DNA of 64,000 nucleotides, from positions 4,333,180 to 4,397,179 of the forward strand of contig NMRA01000001.1 of the NCBI GenBank assembly GCA_002633005.1. Direction: 5' to 3'. The notes under the pieces were generated by a model. The model was not told the DNA's origin and made no database searches. It worked only from the letters and a program-made list of their open reading frames with translations. The stretch is from Phoronis australis. Its lineage: Eukaryota; Animalia; Phoronida. Positions 35,701 through 47,996 of this stretch are shown one piece after another; positions within the stretch are counted from its first letter, which is position 1, and every line of letters starts with the position of its first letter. Both the position numbers and the translations under genes were made by a program.

Positions 35701-38700
35701 TATTGTATTCCCTAGTGGCCGTTTTTTGGTCTTCACAAGGGGCTTTTTCAATATTTTTTTAAGGAATAGTGCTTCTGGTTTATGTCTAGCGACCTGATTG
35801 ACGTATTTCAATGAAATTTTGACACAGAGGTATCTGGTGGCAATGCTCTAGCGCCAATCAACTGACCTATCACAAGCTCAGCACCCTTGTCTAATGTCGA
35901 CTAACAAACAATAAGTTTTACCTGGCAACATGTTTGTCGGGTAAAATGGCGGCTTGGAAACGAAGGTGTGTCAAGAATAAATTAGTTCTAAATGGTCAGT
36001 TAAGCCGTCACTCAAAATCCTGGCGATAGGTTAATTTTCAAGTGGATTTGACTACTGCAACAACCCTGGTGGCCATTCCATTTTGGGTATGATGGCATCT
36101 ATCAGTTTTGAGTAGATACGTAGCGCTGTATATAATGACAGTAAAGACGAGAAGTTCCTTAACAGTGGTTACGTTTGACAGTATTGAATCGGCGCGTCGT
36201 GCTCGGCAAGCATTGAATGGTGCTGACATCTACTCGGGATGTTGCACACTCAAGAAGATCGAGTATGCGAAGGTGAGTGACTGTGTGAACCAATCTCGTT
36301 CTGACTTTGTAACTCAGTCTCATTCTGGCCCATGACCCAGTCACAATCAGCCCTGTGACCCAGCCACAGTCTCTCCTGTGAGGCAGTCACAGTTACACAG
36401 TGACCCAGCCACAGTGTGGCCTGTGCCACTTATTCTCTGGCTGCGTCAAAGGGCCTTAGTTTCAATGCTGTATTGAAGGAATGTTATGCGCGTGCTAAGC
36501 AGTCTGCTTTAGTCTGGTCAGGTGGTGGAGGGTTTTAGGTCTTGTATTTGCCTTGTTAGACAGTGTCTGCTGAGTTGGTCCTCAGTGTTTTTCACATAGG
36601 TAATTGAGTGAAGTTTGGTGTTGTTGTAGACCAGCCGTCTGAATGTGTTCACTAATAACAGTGAGAGTTGGGACTACACAAAGCCTGATCTGGGTGAGTA
36701 TGATGGAGTCTGTCCTCAGCTTTTTACGGTACAGATGGACACTTAGCTAAGTGCTGTTTAAAAACACGTTTTATAATTGTTGAGAATACTTAACTTTAAT
36801 GTTGCATTTTGAACTTGAGGTAAACTGTTGATAATTTTCATTTTTAGGCTCGAATTTTATAATTTTCTTTTCCTGCATTGAAATGACCAAAAATATCCAA
36901 ACATTAACATGATTGTCTTATTATTTACTAAAAATTATGTTCACATTCAAAGAAAAATTTACAATATACTTGGAACATATGTTGAACAGCAGTAATTCAG
37001 CTATTCAGAACCATACATTTCTGTAAAAAACCATACTTTCTGTCCACAGACATAATCCAGACATGTCATTGTACTCAACAACATCAATTGCTTGCTATAC
37101 TATCATCTTTACTGCAGCAGGCAATTGAAGAAGTATCTGACAAGTTGACAACCACTGTAGAAACTAGTCATCTGATTGTGATTTAACCTAGTCATACATG
37201 TTGTTATCATCTGTCCTAGCCAGATAATTACTGTTGACACACAGCTTCAAGTCACTGGGATTATGGCACATTGTTTATACACTGTCATTTACGGTGGGAC
37301 ACACTTGATGAACAGATATCAACCTGTCCACTCTACTGAAGGGTTCATAATTTGTGAAGAAGACAAACACCGACACATCTAGATAATAGCAAGAAACTGC
37401 CTGGTCGCTGTAACATATGAACACAACAGAGTGTAGACATGCTGCCTTGAACAAGAAAACATGCTAGACAGTCACAACAGAAGAACCACAGTGACCCTTT
37501 TATGACTGTACATATTATATAAGTGGGAGACAGGAGATATGGTGCTGGTGGCCTGCTCTATGCAACACACAGTGATTCTTTCATGACTGTATACATTACA
37601 CATGCGGGAGACAGGAGATCATGGTGGCCGTGTGACAGGGACTATACAGTGAAGACAAGTCAGGTTTGAACTGAACTAGTTGCATGCTGGCTCACAAGAT
37701 ACAGACTATACTAAAGTCACATCTATTCTAACCCAGATCTCGGTCTGCATACACCATATATAACTATGTAAATGATTGTACATGAAGGCTTCACAGTTAT
37801 CAAGAACAGTTTCTACTATTACTCACTTCCTAGTCAATCCGTTGCATTGCAACTTTGTGGCAAGGCTTTGTAAATGAATGTCAAAAGTCATTAGACAACA
37901 CACTGTAAGATAGGAAATGTCAAGAGACTTGTTGTTGTGTAAAACCTACAATATTAGTAGAGACATGTGATGACACGTGACAATATTGGTACAGGCTTGT
38001 GATGACAAGTGTACTTGGTACTACTGTCATTAGCTGCGTACAGAAACAGGCAATGCGGGTGGGCTATTCAGTGCTTATCTTCATGTAACCAACAGTATGT
38101 ACTAACTATTCGGGCTGTGTTTATGTAATCTGGACGCACAAACATATGAGGGTCTATTGCGAAGTTGTACAAAGATAGCTATCAGTTTAACCATACAAAC
38201 TAGAACATGTTACTTTCTGTTGAAAACATGCTAAAAACAAACAGTGGGAGTAAACAACAATTACAACCAGAAACATTGTGTAGTTTATCACCAGCCTAAT
38301 TAATCCCTTGGGTACATGGAGTTATACATCCTGCCAGCACACAGAACAAAGTAATTAGACTGAGAGACGGGTGTTAATGATAGCTTTGTTCTGTGTCGAC
38401 AGTGATGAAGATGGTTGGGGGATGATAGTCTGACTGCAGCTCAGGTAACCCACAACTGCGCGCCACCCATGTGTATGTATGTATGTATGTTATCAGCTTT
38501 ACCCTGTCTAGCTCAGCTTTTGTTTAAAGTACATTCCATATCTGTTGAGAAATTGTAAATGTTAACTTATTGCTTTACGGTTCCAACTTTCGAATTTTGA
38601 GATGTATTTTGAAGGACTTTAGTAGCTAGGGGTTGAATAGGGTTGATTTTGTAATATTTTGTAATTTTGGCTTTGTCCTGTTGTTTTTCATCAAAATTGT

Positions 38701-41700
38701 ATGTGGAGACGTGTAATGTGTTTGGATTGTGGTGTAATGATACTTAATATGTTAATGTAAAATCCATCTTATTTAATCCGATTATGTGGATGTGATCACT
38801 TGCACTATTTGCCCATGCATCTGCTATAATACTAGTTGTAATGTTTCGCTGACGAAGCTAAAACATGGTCAGTATAACATGCCACAATCAATCGTTTTAT
38901 CATCGCAGGTAAAGAAGAAGCCTTGCCCCCCAAGAAGAGCTTGCTTCCTGACCCTTCCTTCAGTGGGCCCCCGGCATATGGTAAGTTATGCTCTCACTGT
39001 GCCGTGATGGGTAATGCTTTCCATAACTTCTCAGCAGTCGTCAAAGCCTATGCATTTCGCTCTTGTTCAGATACCACTAGTAATGCATTCCACTAATGCC
39101 CAGTCATGATGACAGGCAATGCTGCCTGATGGGTAATCTCACTAGGGTCCAGGCGTAGTGACGGGTAATCTCACTAGGGTCCAGACGTAATGATTGGTAA
39201 TCTCACTAGGGTCCAGACGTAATGATGGGTAATCTCACTAGGGTCCAGACGTAATGATGGGTAATTCCTACGGTGTGTGACTCACATTATGAAGGTTGCA
39301 TAGGAATTCGTCATGACTCAACTGAACAACTATGTCACAAAGTGCTGTTTGGTAATGGCTATGTGACGACGTGATCCTGATGTCTGTGTGAGCATGGGTG
39401 TCATGAAATGCTTGGCATGGTGTATTTGAATGTTCTGACTACATCTGTATTGAACATTTGCATACTCTGCAGTGACATTTTGATACCCAAAAATAAACAT
39501 TCATATTCATACATTCAAACTAATAAACATAGGTACTCAAAATTCATATTTGCAAGTGTAGTCCATGAAATTTTGTGAATGTAGTTGGTACGCAATTCTG
39601 TTAAGTGTAATTTATGTTAAATTCAGTGATTGCATGCAGACACTTGTTGCAAATAAGCGGGTACAGCAAGAAAAATTCACGCTTAGTTCTGAAATTTTCA
39701 AGATTTTACTCGTGACTAGTTTGTATAACTCTTGAGGAGTCGGGTGCGTGTTTCATTAAATTGTCTTGACCTCGTTGGTGTCTCCCGTGAACTGGTGTGG
39801 CTAACTGTTAGTTTTGGCATCAGTCTCCATTTAGACTCTGTGAACACTGGATGATAAATTGTCGTGAAACTGGCGCCAAGCCCCCACAGCGGGAGTGGTA
39901 AATGTGTTACCATAGTGTGACGACTGCTTTGAATGCAGTCTAAACGGTTACAATACTACGGTTGTTACAGAGCAGCGTGGTGCAGGCTATGGTGCCCCCA
40001 TGGACACAGACTATGATGACGGCTATGGAGGAGGCTCTGGGTATGGGGCTGTCTACGAGCCTTATGGACGTCCTCAGAGAGACGGCTATGCCAGGGGCCC
40101 CGGAGGACAAGGAATGGCCCCATTTGGTGGTGCACCACCCAGGGGACCTCCTAGGGGTCCACCAGGACAGGACCATTACCAGGTGTGCTATAATGTATGC
40201 ACGTGTATGTGGGTGCATTTTACTTTTTTGTGTTTGCTTTTGTGTCGAACAAGTTCCTTGCTGAGTATTTAAGAAACTTGTCAGTATAACAGAATTCAAC
40301 CATGGTGCAAAAACAATGGGTGAAATGATAGAGGTTGGAGCACCCTCTTAGAACTACGGATGGACATGGCTGTTGTGTTGCTGTCACTCATAAGTGTCAA
40401 CTAGCGACTGGCCAATCCTCTTATTCTCCCAGTGTGGTTTTAACCTGTGACTGACTCGGTTATTCTCACCCCGTTGTGTTTGTTGCAGGACTTCCACCAG
40501 TTCCCTAGGGATAACTTTGGTCCTGGGCCACGTGGAGGCATGGCAGGGCAAGGTCCACCCAGTGGTCAACAGCAAGGTATGAGCTATACAATTACTCATT
40601 CATGTTCTACTTGGTCTGTACGTGTCATCCACAGTTAGTCTTGAACACTAGTGTATTGTGTCCACATTTCATTAATTAAAGTGGATGTTTTACTTTTGTC
40701 CAGTATATACTGAAAAGTTGCATCATTTCAACTATAGTTCGATGTTTACTTATTAACATAATAAGTGCGTTTTGTTACATTTTTGATGAAATGACGAACC
40801 CACCCATATTGAGCATTACTTGGCTTGTGAAGGACTAGACAATTTCATAGTGTTAGTTGGTGTGTTCACAGGTGCTGTGTTGATGATGTATGGACTGAGC
40901 CCTGACAAGATGAACTGTGACAGAGTCTTCAATTTGCTCTGTCTCTATGGGAACGTGATGAGAGTAAGTACACTTCCTGTTGATGTAACGCTACCTGCAA
41001 GATGGTGTAAGTCTGATCACGCTGCCTCTGTAGTGTGGTTCAACAGTCTCATCACACTGCCCCAGTAGTGTGGTTCAACAGTCTCATCATACTGCCCCAG
41101 TAGTGTGGTTCAACAGTCTCATCACACTCCCTCAGTAGTTGATCACATTTTAGGCCATAACAGAAGCACAAACTTTAAAAGTAGCGTGTAAGTAAATAGC
41201 GGCATATTTATCTAACGTTTCGGTTTATTACTTCAAACCATTCTCAAGGAAACAGTTCACATACTCAAACAAGCGACACAGGTGGAGAATGGACTGTACA
41301 GGTACACATCAAAATTCATTGTGAGGGGGAGGGACAAGAAATCAAAACAGTTGGATGGAGTCAGAAGCAGAAACGATCTTAAAAAATACGATATCCCTCT
41401 TTGTCAAAAATAGAGACTTCAGCGTTCCTTGAAAAATTTGAAAATGTGTTTTTCAGAGCTAAATTATAAAGCTAAGTACTGCAAACAACATTCCAGACCT
41501 GTGTTGTGATGTAGCTAAGAGAAAATAATCAAACAGAATAGCATATTTTTGTGAAAATTTCCTTATCTGTGGATGGAAGTGGGAAAAACATTGTGACATG
41601 TTTACAAATGTCTGGATATTATTTTTGTGCTCATTAAAATCTCTGTGATCATCAAGGTCTTTGAAAATTACAACAGTTTCGAAATAGAAGTGGCAATAAT

Positions 41701-44700
41701 AAACTTGTGTCCTGTTTAAAAAAACAACTTTTTGTTTCGGCCTCCTATCCTTGTGTTGTCGTTTCATCGTGTTTCTTACTCTCATTAGAAAGGATTTCTA
41801 GTTGACAGTTTGTTATCGCTCCAGACCAGGCTAAGCGTGCTAGTTTTAACTACCGAAACAATATGGCGCCAAAGGCAATCCAGGCATTTTGTTTTAATGC
41901 AGGAAAGGATTAGGCCGTGAAGGTTATACTATGGAAGAACAAAGATTCCAATTCAGAGTCTCGTTTCTGACACCATGGCTGGGTTTCAATGCAGTTTCAC
42001 TGTATAAGTTTGATAGATTCATGACGCCAGGTGCATTGTTCGTCAATGTCATGTGATGTGTGGTAATGCAATGTTGTTGTTACTATCCAGGGTGTAACTC
42101 CATACAACCTTGCTGTGTACATGCCTTGTAGCTGCTTAATCAATTGTTAAAAAGAGTTGATTCATAAGGTGATCCATAGTAGTGAAGGTTGTCATTGTGT
42201 TAGTTCATGTTTCCATGTGAAACCTAGTATTTTACTTCTCTAATATGGTGAGTTGACTTTCCTAAGTGTTGGTTTGGCTGTGTACTAATATTAGTTACAA
42301 GTTGCCTTTGCTTGAACAGATTTCGCCTGTTCACTCTCTGTATGTTCTTACAGATCAAGTTTCTGAAGAGTAAAGAGGGCGTGGCCATGGTTCAGATGGG
42401 AGACCCCATGTCTGTTGACCGTGTATTACAGAACGTTAACAACAACTTCTTCTTTGACTCCAAAGTTCAAGTGGGGTTAGTTCAGCTTATAATTACACTT
42501 CTTCATATCCGTTTGTGTTGTCAGTTGATTAACAGTTGAATTCTTTACAACAGAGGATCTAACTACCGGTCTGCCGTTTAGTGGGAATTTTATTCTTTGC
42601 ATGTACCACTGTATTCACCAAGTTTTTTGATAATTGGATTTCCATTAAGAGACAATGACATCTTTCCAATTTTGAATGGATTTGATGGATTTCAATCAAA
42701 CTTGAATCAGAGGCATGTGACCACAATACATCGACACCAGTTGATTTTCAAGCAGTTTTGGTTACTGCATTACCCTGTAGTGGACATATCAGTCTCGATA
42801 AAGTGCTTTTTAAGTACATTTAGGGGGAGATTGGTTCTGAGGAAACTGATTGGCGGATTTTAATGTGACTTCCATCTGCTGTCACCAGTCAATTTTCAGA
42901 TGGTTTAGACCTCTTGTGCACCCTCTAGTGGCTGTTTGTGTCTTAGCAATGGACTTTTCACTATTTTCACAGGGAAGTGATTTTCTGGAAATTTTGTAGA
43001 CGACCACTTGATTGCTTTCAATGAAAATTTGCTTGGGAGAATGTGACAACAGTGTGCAGTGATCAGTTATTTTTCGAGCAAATTCGACCACTGCAGCACC
43101 CTTAGTGGCCGCCATTTTGCCTGGTTGTCCTGTAGTACTGTGGCCTGTGCCAGTTGTGTATCTGATAATACTTTGTTTACATTGCTCATGTCGTTATGTT
43201 GTTCTTTGTGTCTCGTTTGCCAGTTCACCAATCATTAACACCATTCACTTTGTATTACACCAGCTATTCTAAGCAAGCCTTTCTTCAAGACGTGCCTAAT
43301 CCCCACGAGTTGGCGGATGGCACGCCGTCATTCAAGGACTACATGGGCAGCCGCAATAACCGCTTTGCCAATGCTGAGGCAGCCAGTAAGAACCGTATCC
43401 AGCCGCCGGCTAAAGTTCTACACTTCTTTAATGCTCCGCCAACTCTGGAGAAAGATCAAGTGTTTGATGTGAGTTGTCATATACTACTACATTTGTACAA
43501 TACTAAGGAGAAGCAGTAATAATTACTATCATGTTGCTTAACTGCCTCCTATTTATTCTAGTTTGCTATCTTAAAAATACTTTCGTTATCAGACTTATAC
43601 TGTGGACTAGCTTCCATAGTTTCTGTGTCTCAGTAAGACGAGTGAAATTGTGGATTTTTAACATGTGCCATCAAATGAATTCCTGAGAATTGTGTGTCAA
43701 AATAATGACCCGGAAAAGATGCATTTCGTGCAGAAACTGTTTGGCTTGAAAACTGCTAACATTGCAACTGGAAAACGTAATTATATCATGCAAATTTGGT
43801 TTAGATGCTGGGCAGTATGCAATGCTCGTTGGATAAACAAAAAATTGAAATTTGTCAGGATTCCCTCTTCATTTTAAGGGAATTCCCACTGTTTGCAGCT
43901 TCTCCTGGAATCTTACATACCGTATTCGCCGTAATAACCGCCCATGCCCCTATAAGCGCCCCCCACGCGTTTTCAGACTTTGCTGAAATAAGCGCCCAGT
44001 CCATGAACGTGTACATGCGAACAATGACGTACCTAGTCCTAAAACTCGGCTACAGTAATGTCTTCAATTTATCAAAAAAAAATTTGCACGGGTCTTCTAG
44101 ACCAACAGCGGCACTGCTAGTTTGTATTTAGCCGTGACTTTACACTTCAAGGTAACGCAGCGCTTCAAAAAGAACGCAACATCGTTGCTACTCACGTGAT
44201 GAACGTATCCCACTATAGGTCTGACCTTTCAGTAGACACATCGACTGTCTCGTGAATAAAAATAACTCTGTGTTAAACGCACGTGGCCAGGAAGCGCGCG
44301 CTACATACATGAACCTGTCATCAAAGACATTAGTCGGGAACTATCCATTCATGAAACGGCTAGCATAGCATCGATAAGAAATGAATATTGGCACTAATTT
44401 CTGAGTTTCTAATACTATAAAACATGTTTGCGTTATTTTTGACATGGATTGTTTGATAATTGGTGTTTTTAGCCGAATATCCGATAAAATGACAACTGAC
44501 AGTGAATGCTTACACACCCTTACACCGAAAAATAACCGTCAGATAGTTACGTACGCATCCGGCTACACGGCGACTAATATGGGCCTTACCAAGACAAATG
44601 TCGAAAGTTTTTAGCACGAGACCGGCAAGTGCTGAATGAAACACGCTCTGGTTTAGGCCTACTGCTTGTGCAGATTTCTTTAGACACATCTAGCTAGTTA

Positions 44701-46884
44701 GATTACGTGGCTCTGGCCAAAAGACGGTCTCTGCTTTGGCAAATGAACTCTGGTGACACGCACGCGCTCGCTTACTCGCAGACAAACTTCAAAACAAACG
44801 TCACGTGACAACAACATGTGTGTTCGTTCAGACATTTTTCTCGCCGTGTTGCCGATCATACATGTAGATGGCACGATGTTGCACAGATTTGTACTTAAAC
44901 CTGCCGTTAATCCAGACTCCACGGGAACTTAAAAAATCTTAGAGACGATACTTATAAAACTTAATGAGGATTTCAGGTAATTTGCTTGAGTCGAAACCAT
45001 TTTTATTCAAGCATTGAAGTCGCCATATCGACGGCGATTTCGAGGCAGTCAGTCGGCGAGTTTTCGCCCTGGGATTTCAGCACAATTTTCTGTAAAATTA
45101 TCGTAATTTAGCAGCAAAGTTTGATAGCAAGGCACCACAGTTTTGTTGAAAGTCTTTCATAGATTACAGATACATCACTGAGCGTAAATTTGATGAATCT
45201 TAGCTTCCGATTTCACCCGTTTTGGAGACCGGGTTTCAACCGCCTTTGGTTATAATAAGCGCCCCCCTGAACCGAACTTTTCTAAGCGCCCTGGGCGCTT
45301 ATTACGGCGAATACGGTACATGAGATTTCAACTTCTTTTGTACCTCCGAGTTCCTAGGATATTGGAACACCCTTGTTAGTTAGTAAGCAAAAAGTAAATT
45401 ATTTCTTGAAGGTTTTATAACAGTATAACACTGTGTAGTTGGTGACTGTTACAGACCAGTGATGTACTTGCTGGACATTTTCCTCAGTTCTTGACCTATA
45501 CATTTGTGTATTGCAGATCTTCACTGATGCTGGGGCCAAGTGTCCGTCGAAGTTCATGAAGTTCCCTCCAAAGAGAGAGAACAGCAGCAGTAGCACTGGT
45601 CTGATTGAGTGGGAGAACAAGGCTGATGCAATGGAGGCACTGATCCTGGCCAACCACACTAGTATCCCCAACCCCAGTAAGTCACCTTGATCCAGCCCAA
45701 CCCCACTAATATCCCCTGTAAGTCACACGAATTCTGGCCAACCACTCTGGTATTCCCAAACCCTGTATGTCACACTGATTCTGTCCAACCACACGACTAT
45801 CTCCACCCCCAGTAAGTCGCAGTGATCCTGGTCAAGCACACTAGTATCGCCGGACCTTATATGTCATTGTTACTAGTATCCTCAACCCCAATAAGTGGCA
45901 CTGATCTTGATGGACCACACTAGTTCCCCCAACCGCAGTAAGCCACACTGACCAACCACTCTAGTATCCCCAAACCCTGTAGATCACTGATCCTAGCTAA
46001 CCACGCTAATATCTTCAACCTCAGTGCTCAAATTGAGGCGTCACAACAGTTTATCTCTTTGCATTCTTCTATACCTCTACTATTCCCATTATTCACCCAA
46101 TTCCAGTGTACGTGTGCTGTATAATTGATTTTGTCCTGAGACATTTTGATTAAGTTCAAGTGCCTTCCTCCTCCACTTACACGTTTTCTGGACCAGTCAC
46201 AGCTTGTCAACACCTTGATGAGTGGTGCACATAACAGTGTATTGTCCCTATGGTGAAAGGATGAAAGCAGTGAAGTTCTGTCATCTTACATTGGTCAAAA
46301 TCTCATTTTTGATGGCACATACACAGACATGGTGTCAACCCTATGTTTTAATGCAATATGAAGGGACTGCATGCCTGCAATTCCAAGTCTCCAAATTGTC
46401 ACTAAGTACTTGCCTATTTACAGAGTATGCATGAAATCATTGTTTGTGCTCATGAATAGCAATGACCCTCTAAAGTCTTGCTATTCATTTATGCTGCGTG
46501 ATAGCAATGCTGCTGTTCCAGCCAGTATTGAGGTGACTCAATTTGGCATGCCTGTGGCATGTACGTTATCATGAGGTGCTTGATTAATAATCCTAGCTAG
46601 AGGAATAGTAGTTAGCCTTTCCACTTAGAAAATTTCCCGTCTAATTCCCAGTCATAATTTACGGCTACTAATATATGATGCTTGCATGATGGTAAATTGT
46701 ACTCAATCGTCATGACGCGTGGCTCACTGAAGGTGGTAGGGCAGCTTTAAGCGAACTAGTTCTACAATTTCTTTTAACAAGTGAAATGCTGTGTCCTTTT
46801 AATAGATGTATTCTATTTTCAGATGGCAAGCACCCATACGTGTTCAAGTTGTGCTTCTCTTCAAGTCCTATCCTCAATCAGTAA
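29722..46884 (+). CDS. HNRNPL: Heterogeneous nuclear ribonucleoprotein L / L-like (4 RRMs); coding exons 29722-29799, 32040-32158, 33105-33153, 33407-33528, 33881-33953, 34920-35005, 36173-36272, 36630-36693, 38909-38980, 39971-40182, 40489-40576, 40872-40963, 42354-42475, 43264-43468, 45517-45676, 46823-46884
   Basis: The spliced translation contains MASYEGHATKRQRT, PSPVLHVRGL, MPRKRQALVEFE, NHILLFTI...YPITVEV, LNGADIYSGCCTLK, RLNVF..N...WDYT, a Gly/Pro-rich linker, VLMMYGL...MNCDRVFNLLCLYGNV, SFKDYMGSRNNRF...ASKNRIQPP.KVLHFFNAP, GLIEWE...AMEALILANH and PYVFKLCFSS. All exon phases are compatible. The first donor could be at 29800 or 29803. It is the invertebrate co-orthologue of HNRNPL/HNRNPLL. 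Confidence 0.95.
30760..31110. repeat. Dispersed repeat in hnRNP L intron 1, sharing sequence with the interior of the 43920-45316 element
   Basis: ggcaaatgaact...acttcaaaacaaa.gtcacgtgacaacaacat.tgtg...ggaacttaaaaa occurs at both ~30848-31100 and ~44738-45010. Confidence 0.7.
34097..34320. repeat. 55-bp tandem repeat (~4 copies) in an hnRNP L intron
   Basis: Unit gctcagccttgcataattctttgttgctcagctcattcaaataatactaaacaaa (starts 34211, 34266). Confidence 0.85.
35006..36172 (+). other. U12-type (minor spliceosome) AT-AC intron in hnRNP L RRM2
   Basis: The 5' site is ATATCCTTT at 35006, the branch site is TTCCTTAAC at 36155-36163, and the terminal AC is at 36171-36172. Splicing restores ...QVMVE/FDSIESA. 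Confidence 0.93.
38403..38444 (+). other. Candidate poison (PTC) cassette exon of hnRNP L
   Basis: ttgttctgtgtcgacAG | 42 nt | GTaacc. In the phase-1 frame it reads V M K M V G G * *. It is preceded by a CA-rich intronic block. Confidence 0.55.
39005..39265. repeat. ~32-bp tandem repeat (tgatgggtaatctcactagggtccagacgtaa) following the donor at 38981
   Basis: About 4 near-perfect units at 39128-39265, plus degenerate units nearer the exon. Confidence 0.85.
41030..41138. repeat. 35-bp tandem repeat x3 (tagtgtggttcaacagtctcatcacactgcccag)
   Basis: Seen directly, about 65 bp after the donor at 40964. Confidence 0.9.
43920..45316. mobile_element. ~1.4-kb non-autonomous Tc1/mariner(pogo)-type element, TIR ccgtattcgccgtaataa, TA target duplication
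   Basis: ta|ccgtattcgccgtaataaccgccc ... gggcgcttattacggcgaatacgg|ta, with subterminal taagcgccc repeats. No transposase ORF. Confidence 0.85.
45637..46027 (+). repeat. ~47-bp degenerate tandem repeat (~8 intronic copies) copied from the 3' end and donor of hnRNP L exon 45517-45676
   Basis: The exon end cactgatcctggccaaccacactagtatccccaacccca|gtaagtca is repeated, e.g. cactgattctgtccaaccacacgactatctccacccccagtaagtcg. Confidence 0.9.
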
Positions 46885-47045
46885 GACTAGACTTTCCATG
46901 AACAGCTCGTAATGCCGCGACTAATTAGACGATACTTTTCGTGAACAGCTCATAGAGCAGTAAGACGAGACCTTCCAAGACCTACGAACAACTCATGAAT
47001 AATAAGACAAGACCTGCCGTGAACAAACCATAGTGCCGAAGACAG
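46880..47045 (+). repeat. Degenerate ~40-bp repeat starting at the hnRNP L stop codon (3'UTR)
   Basis: Recurrent taagac.agac.tt.c.tgaacagctc.ta units, about 4 copies. Confidence 0.65.
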
Positions 47046-47732
47046 GAAAATCCCCCCATTAGGACTTTTGGTGGCTGACAAAGAATGCTTGCTCGTATTT
47101 CAAGTCGGTGGCCGATCAAGGTTCTGTATTCAGCCTTACAAGATATTGAAAAAGACCATTATTTAATGCTGAAGAGTTCCCTTGGGGGCTTTTTGATACA
47201 CTTGAGGAAAATAGATGTTTCCTGTAGAGGCTCTTTGGAAATGATTGTCAGGGTCGTGGTGAGGAGTTTTCAGCATTTGTAATCTGTCTAGAGCTGTTGT
47301 GGACATTTCAGCGTGGTTATAGTCCATTAAAGTGCATTGTCAAACTTACAGTAACTTCTGTACCGATTCACACTCACTATTACTTCAGTTAATCATGCTT
47401 GTTGATTTATAGTGTCTAGGGATCTTGTAGAGTCTAAGCAACTTTGGTCTTATAACTATTGTGTACATAACGGAATTAATAGAAGTCTTAGAGTAACATA
47501 AAGTTATCCTTTGTCGAAATGCTCCTTTGTTGACCATGTCTGCAGTGTTGTTGAATCAGCCTCATCTGGCTGGAGCATTGTGCGCCTGCTGTTGGCTGCC
47601 TTCTGTTTCCATCAGGCTGAACTAGGATTTAAGGTGTTAGTTACTCTCATGTAATCTCAACCTGTAGAAATATTAACGTTTTTAGTGTTTTATTTGTAAG
47701 TCACTGTAAGATTTTATATTTAGAGAGGTTTT

Positions 47733-47738
47733 AATAAA
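47733..47738 (+). terminator. Candidate polyadenylation signal of hnRNP L
   Basis: AATAAA about 850 nt after the stop, following a U-rich tract. Confidence 0.45.
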
Positions 47739-47996
47739 AGCTGAAGTATCCTTCATTTACAATGGTTTCCATGTAATTGCTCTACTGATGCCACCGCACG
47801 TTCAAAATGTAGACCATTCCTGTACATGTGTGTCAGAGATTGAACAAACAGGCACCCATCATAATAAACTTTTACCAAAGAGGATGAATTCCCCCCCCCC
47901 ATCCAAACATACTCTCACTTGAGAGGATAGGTGAGGATGAAATACCCAGAAAGATGATGCTTGAGAGGTGTGCCCCTTCCAACTTCTGAAATTTAG

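Noticed and set aside
38400-38436. GTGATGA...CTGA with a short stem overlapping the candidate poison exon
   Set aside because: About 35 nt is too short for a C/D snoRNA, and the splice-site/PTC reading explains it better.
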